A stretch of 63,538 nt of DNA from Treponema sp. (GTDB taxonomy: Bacteria; Spirochaetota; Spirochaetia; Treponematales; Treponemataceae), in the NCBI GenBank assembly GCA_041670585.1, contig JBAXYY010000001.1, positions 1-63,538 of the forward strand, in the 5' to 3' direction. Positions 38,063 to 48,532 of this stretch are shown here, piece by piece. The notes beneath the pieces are model-generated. The model ran no database searches. It worked only from the letters and a program-made list of their open reading frames with translations, and was not told the DNA's origin. The first letter of the stretch is position 1, and each line of letters begins with the position of its first letter. Position numbers and translations under genes: made by a program.

Positions 38063-39046
38063 CTAGTCCAACTTCTTGCCGTAAAACCTTTCATACAAAA
38101 ATCTTGTGTCTTCTTCTTTTATGTCTGTATATTTGCAAACAAAGCATCTTGCATTGTTATCGCCATTTGCGGAGTATTCATTTTCGACAGAGCAAGAAAT
38201 ATTGACCCTTCTTTTAAAATTATGATTTGCTTCAAGCGTAAAATTTAGATTAAGTTTATAGTCAGCCTCCAGCTGCAAAAGCTCTTTTTCTTCCCTGCTT
38301 CCAAGCACTATTTTTTTATCATCAACATAAAGAATATCAAGCGGTTTATACAGGCCAACAACTGCAACTGGTGAGTCATCAATTATAGAATCATCTGTCA
38401 AGTATTTGCACACTGGAAAAAGATGGACACCGTTTCCAATTGAAGCGCCCTGCCCTTTTTTAGACTCATCAACAAATTTCTCTAAATAAAATTTTGCGTC
38501 TTTTTGCTTAGAAAGATCTATGTCTCCCCATTTTGGAGTTACAAAAAGTTTATACATTTCAGAGGGTACACAATTTAATTTAATAACAGATTTATCTTCA
38601 GAGACAAAAGAAAGTTCTGCTTCAAGCGAATACTCATTTTTTTTAGCAACATCTACAATTCGCTTTATGCTTGAAGGAACAACAAGTGCCAGCCCTGCGG
38701 AACATTCCTTCATTGTTGTAATAAAATACAAGCCGACTCTGTTAAAGTAAAATTGAACACGTACATTTTTGCCAAGAAATTTATCAACAGTTCGCTTGTC
38801 ATTTTTTAAAAGAATTATGCCTTGGTCTAGAACTGTCATTTGCTGCGCTTTTATTGCAACAGGGAAAACTTCACTTAACGGCACCCTGTCTTTTTCTAAA
38901 GTGACATTTACTTTTTCATCTTTAACTTCAGTTTCAACAGGCTTTGGCTTGTCTTCAAGAGTAACAGTTACAGGAACATTATCGTCCCTTAGATATTGAA
39001 GAACAAGCTCTCTTTCAATTCCTGTCAATTCTTTTTCTTCTGCCAT
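38063..39046 (-). CDS. Hypothetical protein, possibly degenerate PilZN/PilZ-like
   Basis: Long ORF with RBS; C-terminal YTDIKEEDTRFLYERFYG resembles PilZ tail; no RxxxR/DxSxxG. Confidence 0.6.
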   Translation of the reverse strand: MAEEKELTGIERELVLQYLRDDNVPVTVTLEDKPKPVETEVKDEKVNVTLEKDRVPLSEVFPVAIKAQQMTVLDQGIILLKNDKRTVDKFLGKNVRVQFYFNRVGLYFITTMKECSAGLALVVPSSIKRIVDVAKKNEYSLEAELSFVSEDKSVIKLNCVPSEMYKLFVTPKWGDIDLSKQKDAKFYLEKFVDESKKGQGASIGNGVHLFPVCKYLTDDSIIDDSPVAVVGLYKPLDILYVDDKKIVLGSREEKELLQLEADYKLNLNFTLEANHNFKRRVNISCSVENEYSANGDNNARCFVCKYTDIKEEDTRFLYERFYGKKLD

Positions 39047-39077
39047 AACAAGCTCCGCCTTTTACGTATTGAATTAA

Positions 39078-39110
39078 GCTCATCTCTAAAATTTTTTTTA
39101 GAGGTTACCC
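39078..39110. repeat. Palindromic repeat copy that supplies the stop codon of the upstream lipoprotein
   Basis: TAA|GCTCATCTCTAAAATTTTTTTTAGAGGTTACCC|TTA. Confidence 0.75.
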
Positions 39111-39823
39111 TTATAAGAAATCTGATTTATTTTCCAAGTGCTTTCTTCTTTTATCAAATAAAGATTAACGTCCAATGAATTATCATAAGCTGAACCTTTT
39201 ATTTTTTCAACAGGCTCTGTTTTTTGCTCATTGTCCGCAGCAGGCGCAGTTTTAAGTATTTCTTTGTTGTAGTAAAAACGCGCAGGACACTCAATTGTTT
39301 CATCATCACTAATAAAAGGCTTTCCTAAAACATAGCTTGAAAACAAAGGCTTTTCTTCACTTTTAAAATCATATAAAAAAAGCACAAGCGTATAAAGCTG
39401 ATCTTTTGCAATAAAAGAATCTGCGTCTTTATTATTAGTTATTGAGTTGCAAAAGCCATCAAGTGTTGATAAAGCCCCTGAATCTAACGCTGATGTGTCT
39501 AAAATGGCGAAGTCTGTTATTTCAGGATAAACAGGGCTGTATGAAGATTCATTTCCTGACATGAAAATATTTTGAGGAGAAGCTGACAATGACGATTCAA
39601 TGCCATCTGCGGCAGGAATTTTTGCCGTTAGCTTTTCACCTTCAATTTCCGTAGTCCACTCTGTTTTTTTTGAATATGATTCCGCTGTTGAACGAAGATT
39701 CAATTCTGTTGATTCAGTATCTGCCGTATTGGGATTTTTGCATGACATAAAATTTACAATAATTGATATTGAAATAACTTTGAGAAATAAACTTGATAAC
39801 TTCTTACAATCCTTAGAATTCAT
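39098..39823 (-). CDS. Hypothetical lipoprotein
   Basis: Lipobox FMSC. Confidence 0.7.
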   Translation of the reverse strand: MNSKDCKKLSSLFLKVISISIIVNFMSCKNPNTADTESTELNLRSTAESYSKKTEWTTEIEGEKLTAKIPAADGIESSLSASPQNIFMSGNESSYSPVYPEITDFAILDTSALDSGALSTLDGFCNSITNNKDADSFIAKDQLYTLVLFLYDFKSEEKPLFSSYVLGKPFISDDETIECPARFYYNKEILKTAPAADNEQKTEPVEKIKGSAYDNSLDVNLYLIKEESTWKINQISYKGNL

Positions 39824-40150
39824 TGCTTAAAATATACCATAATTTATTTTTTATGTAAAACGCTTTCATGTTAATAGTTATTGGTAATTTACAAACAAGT
39901 TCTTATTTTAATCAAGAATGCCTTCCGCAGTGTCTTCGTCTCGAAAAAGGCTTGCTTGAAACTTCGTTGCAGTGTTACCACGCTTCGCTTGTGCAAAATT
40001 TTTTCGTGCCAAAGACCCTGCTCCGGCAATCTATGGTTTATATAATTCTTCTTATTAAATTAACAAAAACTATAACAATGCGTTCCCTTGTAAAAAAGAG
40101 TGTAAATAGATAAAATACATCATATTATTTATTTTAAATTGAGGATTGTT

Positions 40151-42178
40151 ATGGCATTAACATTAGCGGAAAAAATTATTCAAAAGCATGTTGTTTCTTC
40201 TGAAAAACCTTTTGCAAAAGGCGAGCAAATTGAACGGGGAACAGACATCGCTATTAAAATAGACCAGACTCTTACACAGGACGCGACAGGCACAATGGCC
40301 TACTTGCAGTTTGAAACAATAGGCATACCACGAGTAAAAACAGAAGTAAGCGTAAGCTATGTTGACCATAACACTTTGCAGACAGACTTTAAGAATCAGG
40401 ACGACCACAGGTACTTGCAGTCAATTGCCGCAAAATACGGGCTTTATTTTTCACGTCCAGGAAACGGCATTTGCCACCAGGTACACTTGGAGCATTTTGG
40501 AAAGCCAGGAAAAACTCTTCTTGGTTCAGACAGCCATACTCCAACAGGCGGCGGAATTGGCATGATTGCAATTGGAGCAGGCGGCCTTGATGTTGCAGTT
40601 GCAATGGGCGGAGGAGCATTCCATCTTGCAATGCCAAAAGTTTTTGGTGTAAAGCTAACTGGAAAATTGCAGAAAGGAATAGGCGCAAAAGATATAATTC
40701 TTGAAGTGCTAAGACGTGAAACCGTAAAAGGCGGAGTTGGCGCTGTTTACGAATACTTTGGCGAAGGCGTGGAAAGCCTTACTGTTCCACAAAGGGCTAC
40801 AGTTACAAACATGGGGGCGGAGCTTGGTGCAACTTGCTCAATCTTCCCTTCTGATGCCACAACAAAAAAATTCTTAGAAAGCATGGGGCGCGCTTCTGAC
40901 TGGACAGAAGAAAAGGCTGACGCAGGCGCTGTTTACGACAAAGTAATTGAAATTGACCTTTCATCTCTTGGCGCTATGGCGGCATGTCCTAATTCCCCAG
41001 ACGCTGTAAAATCAATTTCTGAACTAAAAGGCATAAAGGTTACACAAGTTGCCATTGGAAGCTGCACAAACAGCTCTCTTGACGACCTGGAGGCAGTTGC
41101 GGCAATTGTAAAAGGAAAGCACATAGCTCCAGGCGTTGAAGCAGGAATTGCCCCTGGAAGCAGAACAACACTTCTAATGGCAGACAAAGCCGGAATTTTG
41201 GGAGACTTAATCAGAGCAGGATTCCGTATTCTAGAAAGCGCTTGCGGCCCTTGCATTGGCATGGGATTTGCGCCTAACTCACAGGGTGTTTCCTTAAGAA
41301 CTTTCAACCGCAACTTCAAAGGCCGCTCTGGAACTGCGGACGCGGGAATCTACCTTGTAAGCCCTGAAACCGCAGCTGCAAGCGCTATCACTGGAACAAT
41401 AACAGACGCTTCTGCGCTTGACTACACAGACCCAGCTTACACTTCTGCCGGACGCGTTTCTCTTCTAGACGGCAAAGACAAAAGGCTTTCACTTGATGAA
41501 ATAAAAAATGACGCTTCTGACACAGGCATGTTGATTCCTCCACTAGATGAAAAAGAAGCTTCACAAGTTGAAATATTGCGCGGACCTAACATTAAGCCAT
41601 GCCCTCCTTGCGCAAAACCTGCCGACAGTTTAAAGCTGCCAGTTTTGCTAAAAGCCGGAAACAATGTTTCTACAGACGACATAATGCCAGCCGGAACAAA
41701 AGTACTTCCTTTTAGAAGCAACATTCCAGAAATAAGCAAATTCGCTTATGAAAGACTTGACGCAGACTTCTACAAAAAAGCGGAAGCAATTAAATTCAGC
41801 GGGTGCTTTGTTGTAGGAGGCGAAAACTTTGGACAAGGCTCCAGCCGTGAGCACGCAGCGCTTGGACCAATGTACTTAGGCGTAAGGGCTGTAATTGTAA
41901 AAAGCTTTGCAAGAATACACAAGGCGAACCTTATAAACTACGGCATACTTCCAATTGTTCTTAAAAACGCAGACGACTATGACAAAATTGAAAACGGCGA
42001 CACTTTGGAAATAACAAACATCTTTGACAGCCTTAAAAATGAAAAGCCATTCAACATTACTTGTCACGGCAAAAACGGAGAAGTAAAAATTGAAGGCGTA
42101 AACGACTTGGCGGAACGAAGCAGAAAGATTTTGCTTGAAGGCGGACTTGCCTCTTACACAAGGAACGGCGGACAATAA
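40151..42178 (+). CDS. Aconitate hydratase (short, ~675 aa type)
   Basis: TQDATG, GICHQ, SDSHT, IGSCTN, CGPCIG, FNRNF, GQGSSREHAA. Confidence 0.9.
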   Translation: MALTLAEKIIQKHVVSSEKPFAKGEQIERGTDIAIKIDQTLTQDATGTMAYLQFETIGIPRVKTEVSVSYVDHNTLQTDFKNQDDHRYLQSIAAKYGLYFSRPGNGICHQVHLEHFGKPGKTLLGSDSHTPTGGGIGMIAIGAGGLDVAVAMGGGAFHLAMPKVFGVKLTGKLQKGIGAKDIILEVLRRETVKGGVGAVYEYFGEGVESLTVPQRATVTNMGAELGATCSIFPSDATTKKFLESMGRASDWTEEKADAGAVYDKVIEIDLSSLGAMAACPNSPDAVKSISELKGIKVTQVAIGSCTNSSLDDLEAVAAIVKGKHIAPGVEAGIAPGSRTTLLMADKAGILGDLIRAGFRILESACGPCIGMGFAPNSQGVSLRTFNRNFKGRSGTADAGIYLVSPETAAASAITGTITDASALDYTDPAYTSAGRVSLLDGKDKRLSLDEIKNDASDTGMLIPPLDEKEASQVEILRGPNIKPCPPCAKPADSLKLPVLLKAGNNVSTDDIMPAGTKVLPFRSNIPEISKFAYERLDADFYKKAEAIKFSGCFVVGGENFGQGSSREHAALGPMYLGVRAVIVKSFARIHKANLINYGILPIVLKNADDYDKIENGDTLEITNIFDSLKNEKPFNITCHGKNGEVKIEGVNDLAERSRKILLEGGLASYTRNGGQ

Positions 42179-42248
42179 TAATATTTGCTAAATAAAAGCA
42201 TACGTTATATAATTAAAGCAATGTTTTAAAAGGAAAAGGAGTTTTAAA

Positions 42249-42965
42249 ATGAGTCAAGTGCACAACTTAATGGAAGAGCTAGTTTTTGCAAGGGTAAATG
42301 AGCTCTATGATCAAGTCAAAGAAATGAACACTACATGGCTTACTTGCGACTGCGAAAACTGTAGAATTGACACTGTTAATTATGTTCTAAACAGAATTCA
42401 ACCTAAATATGTTGTAAGCGGCCGTGGTGTTACTCATAATTTAAATCTTATAAACGACACTCAGTTAAAAGCTGATATTGACTCGCTGGCAATTGAGGGA
42501 ATGAGGCTTGTAAGTTCAGCAAAACGGCCTTATCACAACGCAGCAAATATTAAAAAAATTTCTTTACCAAAAGGACCTGTGTTTAATTTTCCAACATTTG
42601 GTGGAAGCATATTTGACGGCTCAACCTTTGAACCTTTAAAAGACGCAAAAATTCTTTTAAAACTAGACAACAACATTGCAGAAATGATGGATATAACTTG
42701 GGCCAATCCTGCGCAAACTTTCTCTGCCACAAAAGGAAACTACACTTTTTGGGTAAGGCAAATATCTTGCGAAAAAGAAAAAGAAAGCAGAATCTTTAAT
42801 TTTTCATTAGAAATTAAAGCACAAGGATATTCACCTGTAACTTATTCTTTTGAAGTTCCTTTAGTAAGTGAAAATATAAATAGAAATGAAGTTAATTCCA
42901 CATACAGCTTGAAAATTCAGGACTTGTTCCTTTTCAGAAAAGCTGTTGAAAACCCAATGGAATAA
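42249..42965 (+). CDS. ComFB-family protein with C-terminal beta domain
   Basis: VHNLMEELV...CDCENCRIDTVNYVLNRIQPKYVVS...RPYH. Confidence 0.85.
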   Translation: MSQVHNLMEELVFARVNELYDQVKEMNTTWLTCDCENCRIDTVNYVLNRIQPKYVVSGRGVTHNLNLINDTQLKADIDSLAIEGMRLVSSAKRPYHNAANIKKISLPKGPVFNFPTFGGSIFDGSTFEPLKDAKILLKLDNNIAEMMDITWANPAQTFSATKGNYTFWVRQISCEKEKESRIFNFSLEIKAQGYSPVTYSFEVPLVSENINRNEVNSTYSLKIQDLFLFRKAVENPME

Positions 42966-43000
42966 GGGCATCTCTAAAAGCCAATGTTTTTAGAGGCTCA
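42966..43000. repeat. ~35-bp palindromic repeat directly after TAA
   Basis: TAA|GGGCATCTCTAAAAGCCAATGTTTTTAGAGGCTCA. Confidence 0.8.
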
Positions 43001-43031
43001 ATAATATACAAAATATATTGGAGTAAAAAAA

Positions 43032-43748
43032 ATGGCAGAAAAATCATTACCACGTGGAAGGTCTGCAGAAAACGAAAAGCAAAAATTTTTAGGACGAACA
43101 TACGGCTGGATGGCGCTGGCCTTATTTATAAGCGGTGTGAGCGCTTACCTAGGAGCTTCATACACTCCCCTTATGAATTTTATTTGGAGAAACCATGCAG
43201 TAGGATTTATTGTGCTTTCTATCACAGAACTTGTTCTTGTAATAGTTTTTTCAGCGACAATGAAAAAGATGCCAGTTGGAACAGCGGTTGTTTGCTTCAT
43301 AGCATACTCTATAATTAACGGGCTGACACTTTCTTCAATATTTTGGGCATACAGCATTTCTTCAATTTCATACTGCTTTATTTCTTGCTCAGCAATGTTT
43401 TTAGTAATGTGCATTTACGGAATGAAGACAAAAACAAACCTTGCGCCTTTTGCAAAATACTTAATTATGGGGCTGCTTGGTTTAATAATAGTTTCCGCGG
43501 CCAATGTTTTAGTAAGCCTTATTACAAAAACACAATCAACTGCAATAGACTGGATTATTTCTTTAGTTTCTGTTGTGCTTTTCACAGGTCTTACTGCTTA
43601 TGATTCACAGAAAATTTTAAAAGCTGCATTTTACGCAGACAATTCTGATTCTTTTAAAAAACTCGCAATTTATGGAGCGCTTGAGCTTTACTTGGATTTT
43701 ATCAATTTATTTCTTTCACTTTTAAGATTCTTTGGCAAAAAGGAATAA
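43032..43748 (+). CDS. Bax inhibitor-1/YccA family membrane protein
   Basis: TYGWMALAL, GLTAYDSQKI, GALELYLDFINLFLSLLRFFG. Confidence 0.92.
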   Translation: MAEKSLPRGRSAENEKQKFLGRTYGWMALALFISGVSAYLGASYTPLMNFIWRNHAVGFIVLSITELVLVIVFSATMKKMPVGTAVVCFIAYSIINGLTLSSIFWAYSISSISYCFISCSAMFLVMCIYGMKTKTNLAPFAKYLIMGLLGLIIVSAANVLVSLITKTQSTAIDWIISLVSVVLFTGLTAYDSQKILKAAFYADNSDSFKKLAIYGALELYLDFINLFLSLLRFFGKKE

Positions 43749-43756
43749 TTTTTAAA

Positions 43757-44947
43757 ATGATTAATGCGTATATTGGCACATTTTTTTATTATGAACTGAA
43801 TATTGTATGTATGCTTATTTTATTTTGGATTTTTATTTCAATAATTAAATCGAATGATAAGCAGACTACATATTATACTCTTTTAAAATTAGTGATTTAT
43901 ACATTTTTTATTTTTATATTTGATATGCTTGGAATGATTTTCAAAGAGCGCACGGGTAAACTGTCATTTTACATTCCTCTTATTTCAAACACAATTTTCT
44001 TTATTTTATCAGGAATTATAGGAATGTACTGGTTCCTTTTTATTCACTACTATTGTTCAACCGATGTTTCCACTGAATTTAATAATAATTTTTCAAATAC
44101 AAAAATTAGTTTTTATTGCTTAATTCCAGTAATATTGCTTACAATATGCTGCCTTGTTTCTATAAAAACAAAATGGATTTTCTATATAGATCCGTCTGAC
44201 AATTCCTACCATAGAGGCTCTTTGTTTATAATTCAGCAGGTGATTGTTTATTCATTTTTTACAATGTCAATAATAAAGGCGCTACATTTTCTAATAACTA
44301 ACAAGAATTCTTCAAAAAGATACACGTTCATGGCTCTGCTCTTTTTTGTATTCTTGCCTATTATTTCTGGCATAATTTCTTTATTTATTGTTGGAGTGAA
44401 CGTAATATGGGTTTCATTGACTCTTGCACTTCTTTTCATTTACACAAACATGAAGTTTTCACAAATTTCAATAGACGAGCTTACAAAATTAAATAATAGA
44501 AAACAGTTTAATGATTTTATTGTAAAGATTTTATCTCAAAAGACGCACTCTTTAGATATTTATCTATATATGAGGGATGTAAATTCCTTTAAGAAAATAA
44601 ACGATTCTTTTGGGCATCTTGAAGGGGACAACGCCTTAATAAATGCAGCTAACATTTTACGTGCTTCCTGCCATAATGAAAATGTTTTTTTAGCAAGATA
44701 CGGCGGTGATGAGTTTGTAGCAGTATATCAATGTGAAAATAAAAAACAAGCTGAATCTCTAAAGCTTAAAATACAAACAGCTTTTTCTGATTATAATAAA
44801 TCAAGTCATAAGACATACAATATTTCCATTAGTATAGGATATGCAAAATACACTTCAACAAATGGACAATTTATTTCATGCTTTATTAAGGATGCGGACA
44901 ATTCCCTTTACCAAGAAAAACATAAGTTTTATTCTGGTAATAAGTAA
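43757..44947 (+). CDS. Membrane-bound diguanylate cyclase (GGDEF)
   Basis: About 7 TM helices; DELTKLNNR, FKKINDSFGHLEGD, ARYGGDEF, ADNSLY. Confidence 0.92.
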   Translation: MINAYIGTFFYYELNIVCMLILFWIFISIIKSNDKQTTYYTLLKLVIYTFFIFIFDMLGMIFKERTGKLSFYIPLISNTIFFILSGIIGMYWFLFIHYYCSTDVSTEFNNNFSNTKISFYCLIPVILLTICCLVSIKTKWIFYIDPSDNSYHRGSLFIIQQVIVYSFFTMSIIKALHFLITNKNSSKRYTFMALLFFVFLPIISGIISLFIVGVNVIWVSLTLALLFIYTNMKFSQISIDELTKLNNRKQFNDFIVKILSQKTHSLDIYLYMRDVNSFKKINDSFGHLEGDNALINAANILRASCHNENVFLARYGGDEFVAVYQCENKKQAESLKLKIQTAFSDYNKSSHKTYNISISIGYAKYTSTNGQFISCFIKDADNSLYQEKHKFYSGNK

Positions 44948-44981
44948 GTTCATCTCTAAAAACTGAAGTTATAGAGGCTTC
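44948..44981. repeat. ~35-bp palindromic repeat directly after TAA
   Basis: TAA|GTTCATCTCTAAAAACTGAAGTTATAGAGGCTTC. Confidence 0.75.
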
Positions 44982-44986
44982 AATAA

Positions 44987-45910
44987 CTACAGAGTGTTTA
45001 TTCCAATATAAGCTGACTGTTTTTTGTAAGATGAAGGTGTTCTTCCAGTAGTGTTTTTGAACTCTTCATAGAACTGTCTTTTTGAACCAAAGCCACACTG
45101 CTCCGCAATAGCTTCTATGCTGTCATTTTTTTCTCTAAGCCTTGTGCAAGCGAGCGCAATACGTTTTTTTCTAATATATTGGCCTACAGAGACTTTCATT
45201 ATTTGCTTAAAACACCGACCAAGGTAGTCTTGATTTACTTTTAGAATATTTGCAAAATATTTTACAGAAGCGTTTTTATTTGAAAGTTCAGACTCTATTA
45301 GGACAAGAACTTTTCTTACCAAAGCTGAAGTAGCATCATCTTCTAGTGAGATATTATTTTGAAGAGACTTTATATATTCATTTGAAAGTTCAAGAAGTAA
45401 CTTCTGAATTAAAACATTGTACATTAAAAATGATAAAGTCGGTTTTACGTATTCATGCAATATTTCGGTACACAGGTCATTTATTTTATCTTTTTCTTCT
45501 ATATCTAAAATTTGAGGAAGTATTATATTGTTTTCTAATTCATTTGTTTTATTTCTATTTTCAATAAATTCTTTAGCTTCTTCTTCTGAAATTTCTTTTG
45601 GCAAGTAATATATTTGCTCGTCTTCCAAGTCCTGACGTTGAAAAAAGTGGAACCAGTAATAAGAAACAGGCTTTGTTATATCTTCATGTCCTACATGCAA
45701 ATGACATGTCGGCAAAAGAACCATTCTATTTTTTTTTACTTCTAAAGTTTCACAGTCAACATCAATAAGAGTTGTGTTTTTTCTGCCTATAATTAAGACG
45801 CTTTCACTTTCAAGTTTGCGCTTCATATGCCTCCAACCGGGGTTTAGCATGGCGCAGCCGCAAACTGTTGATTTTGTCTGGTCAACATTTCGCAATAAAA
45901 AATACTTCAT
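44987..45910 (-). CDS. AraC-family transcriptional regulator
   Basis: N-terminal cupin (WRHMKR...YYWFHF); YLGRCFK, IAEQCGF...FYEEFKNTTGRTPSSYK. Confidence 0.92.
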   Translation of the reverse strand: MKYFLLRNVDQTKSTVCGCAMLNPGWRHMKRKLESESVLIIGRKNTTLIDVDCETLEVKKNRMVLLPTCHLHVGHEDITKPVSYYWFHFFQRQDLEDEQIYYLPKEISEEEAKEFIENRNKTNELENNIILPQILDIEEKDKINDLCTEILHEYVKPTLSFLMYNVLIQKLLLELSNEYIKSLQNNISLEDDATSALVRKVLVLIESELSNKNASVKYFANILKVNQDYLGRCFKQIMKVSVGQYIRKKRIALACTRLREKNDSIEAIAEQCGFGSKRQFYEEFKNTTGRTPSSYKKQSAYIGINTL

Positions 45911-46001
45911 TGGTTAACTCCTGTAAATAATATCGGAATACTGCACTACTTGTATATTTTATGAATCTTTCATTTTTAGTTCAAGGTGCTAAACTTTATT
46001 T

Positions 46002-48254
46002 ATGAAAAGATTTATTTTATTATCATCATTATTTTTATTTGGAGCAGTTACTATGTTTGCACAAAAGACACAACTTACAGAAAACACAATGTTCTCTAAT
46101 TCTCAAAAGACAGGTCTTGATTATGTTCTAAGCTTGGATCAAGACAGGCTGCTTTCTCCATGCTACACAGCTTTAGGGAAAACGCCTAAAGCTCCAACTT
46201 ATGGTGGATGGGAAAGCATGCAGATTCAAGGGCACAGCTTGGGCCACTACATTTCTGCCCTTTCTGGCTTCTACTTTCAAACAGGCAGCATAGAGGCTAA
46301 GAAAAAACTTGACTACACAGTAGAATGCTTGAAGTCAATTCAAAGAAGCGACGGCTATATAGGCGGCATACCTTCAACGCCTTTTGACACAGCCTTCACC
46401 GGCAACTTCAATGTTGAGCTTTTTAATTTAGCAGGCTACTGGGTGCCTTGGTATTCTGTGCATAAGATTTACGCAGGACTTATAGACGCATACATTTACG
46501 GCGGAAACAAAGACGCTCTTGAAATTGTTAAGAGAATGGCTGACTGGGCAATAAACGGCTCAAAAAATATGACAGAAGCTCAATTTCAAAAGATGCTTAT
46601 TTGCGAACACGGAGGAATGTGCAAAGTTTACGCTGACTTGTATGGAATAACAAAAGATGAAAAATACTTAACAATGGCAGAAAGGTTTATAGACAAATCA
46701 GTTATAGTCCCTGCAATGAAGCAAAATGACATTTTAAAAGGGCTTCATGCAAACGCCCAGATGCCAAAATTTATTGGCATTGCCAGATTGTATGAGCTTA
46801 CAGGAAAGTCGGAATACCGCACTGCTGCTGAATTCTATTTTAACAATGTTTATAAAACAAGAAGCTATTCTATAGGCGGTGTTTCTGTAGGTGAGCATTT
46901 TACGTCTCAATACGATGAAAAGCTTACACGCGACACTTGCGAAACTTGCGACGCTTACAATATGCTTGAACTTGCGGAGCACATCTTTTCATGGAACAAA
47001 GATTCCTCTGTTGCGGACTACTATGAAACTGCTTTGTACAATGACATTTTTGCGTCTCAAGACCCGGACACTGGTTGCAAAGCGTATTTTATTGGAATGA
47101 TTCCCGGCTACTTTAAAATTTATGGATCTAAGGAAAACGCGTTCTGGTGCTGCACTGGCACAGGCATGGAAAATCCAGAAAGGTACAACCGCTTTATTGC
47201 AAAAGACTTTGGAGACACAATCTACATAAACTTATTTATTTCTTCCACAATAACAACAGATGACGGCTGGAAAATTAAAATAGAAACAGAATTTCCTTAC
47301 AAACAAAATGCAAAAGTCACTGTCCTTGAGTCTGGTAAAAACCCACGCTCCTTAAAAATAAGAATACCTTCATGGCTGGAATCAAGTAAAAAAGAAAATG
47401 ACGGTTACTGGACAGCTTCTAAAAATATTTCTAAAAGCGACTCCTTCAGTTTTGATTTGCCAATGAAGCTCAACATAAGGCGCACTCGCGACAGAACTGG
47501 AAACTTTAGCATATTGTACGGTCCTATTGTTCTAGCCGCTGACCTTGGAAATAAAAACATGCCGCAGGACATTGTTGACAATCAGTCTATTTACTTAACA
47601 GCGCCAGTAAAAAAAATCTCTGCAATCACCGCTGACTTAAACAAGCCAGAAAGCTGGATTACAGAAACAGACACTTCAAAACTAACTTTCATTACTTCTG
47701 TCCAAAGCGCCTTGCAAAATATTTCGTACACATTAAAGCCTTTTTTTGACATAGCGCACACGCGTTATGCAGTATATTTTAATTCAGAAGACAATAAGGA
47801 AAATGAAAGGGACGCTAAATATGAAAAGACAACATTTGATTTAGTTGAGCCAGGACGGCAGCAAAGCGAAGTTGACCATCATGGAAAAAACAAAGGAACA
47901 GAAATGGGCTATGTTGAAAGTGTAGACAGAAACTGCCGCTCAATTTCTGAAAAGGACGGAGTTTTTTTATACAGATTAAAATTTGACAACACAAAGAAGA
48001 ACAGCATTGTAGCGACATTCTGGGGAAAAGACAGCGGCTCTATAAAAGTGCTTCTTGACGACAAGGAGATTGAAACAATCACTTTGAAATCCGACAAGGG
48101 TGACTCTTTAGTTGACATTGTTATTCCTGTTTCTGAAGATTTGGTCAAGGAAAAAGGCAAGACAAACAGAACTGCAAGAATGATTGTCTCTTTTAAGTGC
48201 GAAGATGAAAAATCATTAAAGCTGCTTGAGCTTAGGATTATAAACGAGCAGTAA
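46002..48254 (+). CDS. Beta-L-arabinofuranosidase-like glycoside hydrolase (GH127/GH146), exported
   Basis: Signal peptide; YGGWE, GHSLGHY, EHGGM, HANAQMPK, ETCDAYNML, WCCTGTGMENP. Confidence 0.88.
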   Translation: MKRFILLSSLFLFGAVTMFAQKTQLTENTMFSNSQKTGLDYVLSLDQDRLLSPCYTALGKTPKAPTYGGWESMQIQGHSLGHYISALSGFYFQTGSIEAKKKLDYTVECLKSIQRSDGYIGGIPSTPFDTAFTGNFNVELFNLAGYWVPWYSVHKIYAGLIDAYIYGGNKDALEIVKRMADWAINGSKNMTEAQFQKMLICEHGGMCKVYADLYGITKDEKYLTMAERFIDKSVIVPAMKQNDILKGLHANAQMPKFIGIARLYELTGKSEYRTAAEFYFNNVYKTRSYSIGGVSVGEHFTSQYDEKLTRDTCETCDAYNMLELAEHIFSWNKDSSVADYYETALYNDIFASQDPDTGCKAYFIGMIPGYFKIYGSKENAFWCCTGTGMENPERYNRFIAKDFGDTIYINLFISSTITTDDGWKIKIETEFPYKQNAKVTVLESGKNPRSLKIRIPSWLESSKKENDGYWTASKNISKSDSFSFDLPMKLNIRRTRDRTGNFSILYGPIVLAADLGNKNMPQDIVDNQSIYLTAPVKKISAITADLNKPESWITETDTSKLTFITSVQSALQNISYTLKPFFDIAHTRYAVYFNSEDNKENERDAKYEKTTFDLVEPGRQQSEVDHHGKNKGTEMGYVESVDRNCRSISEKDGVFLYRLKFDNTKKNSIVATFWGKDSGSIKVLLDDKEIETITLKSDKGDSLVDIVIPVSEDLVKEKGKTNRTARMIVSFKCEDEKSLKLLELRIINEQ

Positions 48255-48289
48255 ATTAAATTTCTTATAGCAAACTTTATAGCAAAAAA

Positions 48290-48324
48290 AAGAGGATATT
48301 CTTTAAGGAATGCCCTCTTTTTTT
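48290..48324 (+). terminator. Terminator after GH127/146 gene
   Basis: AAGAGGATATTC...GAATGCCCTCTT followed by T-tract. Confidence 0.65.
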
Positions 48325-48532
48325 ATTGAACATTTAAATATTCTTTAATATTTTGAGTTAAAAAAAACTAAATTTTATAGGTAATACCTCTTATTTAAAA
48401 AAAATTTTATGGATGTATGATTATAAAGTCAGGAAAAGTAAAATATTCACTGTTTGAGAGTTAATACATTTTTTGTTCACTTCAAAATCAACACGAAAAA
48501 TATTATTCCTGATAAATTTTTAGGAGGATTCT

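Noticed and set aside
39868-40113. 81-aa ORF upstream of aconitase
   Set aside because: No RBS, atypical composition; overlaps the putative repeat island
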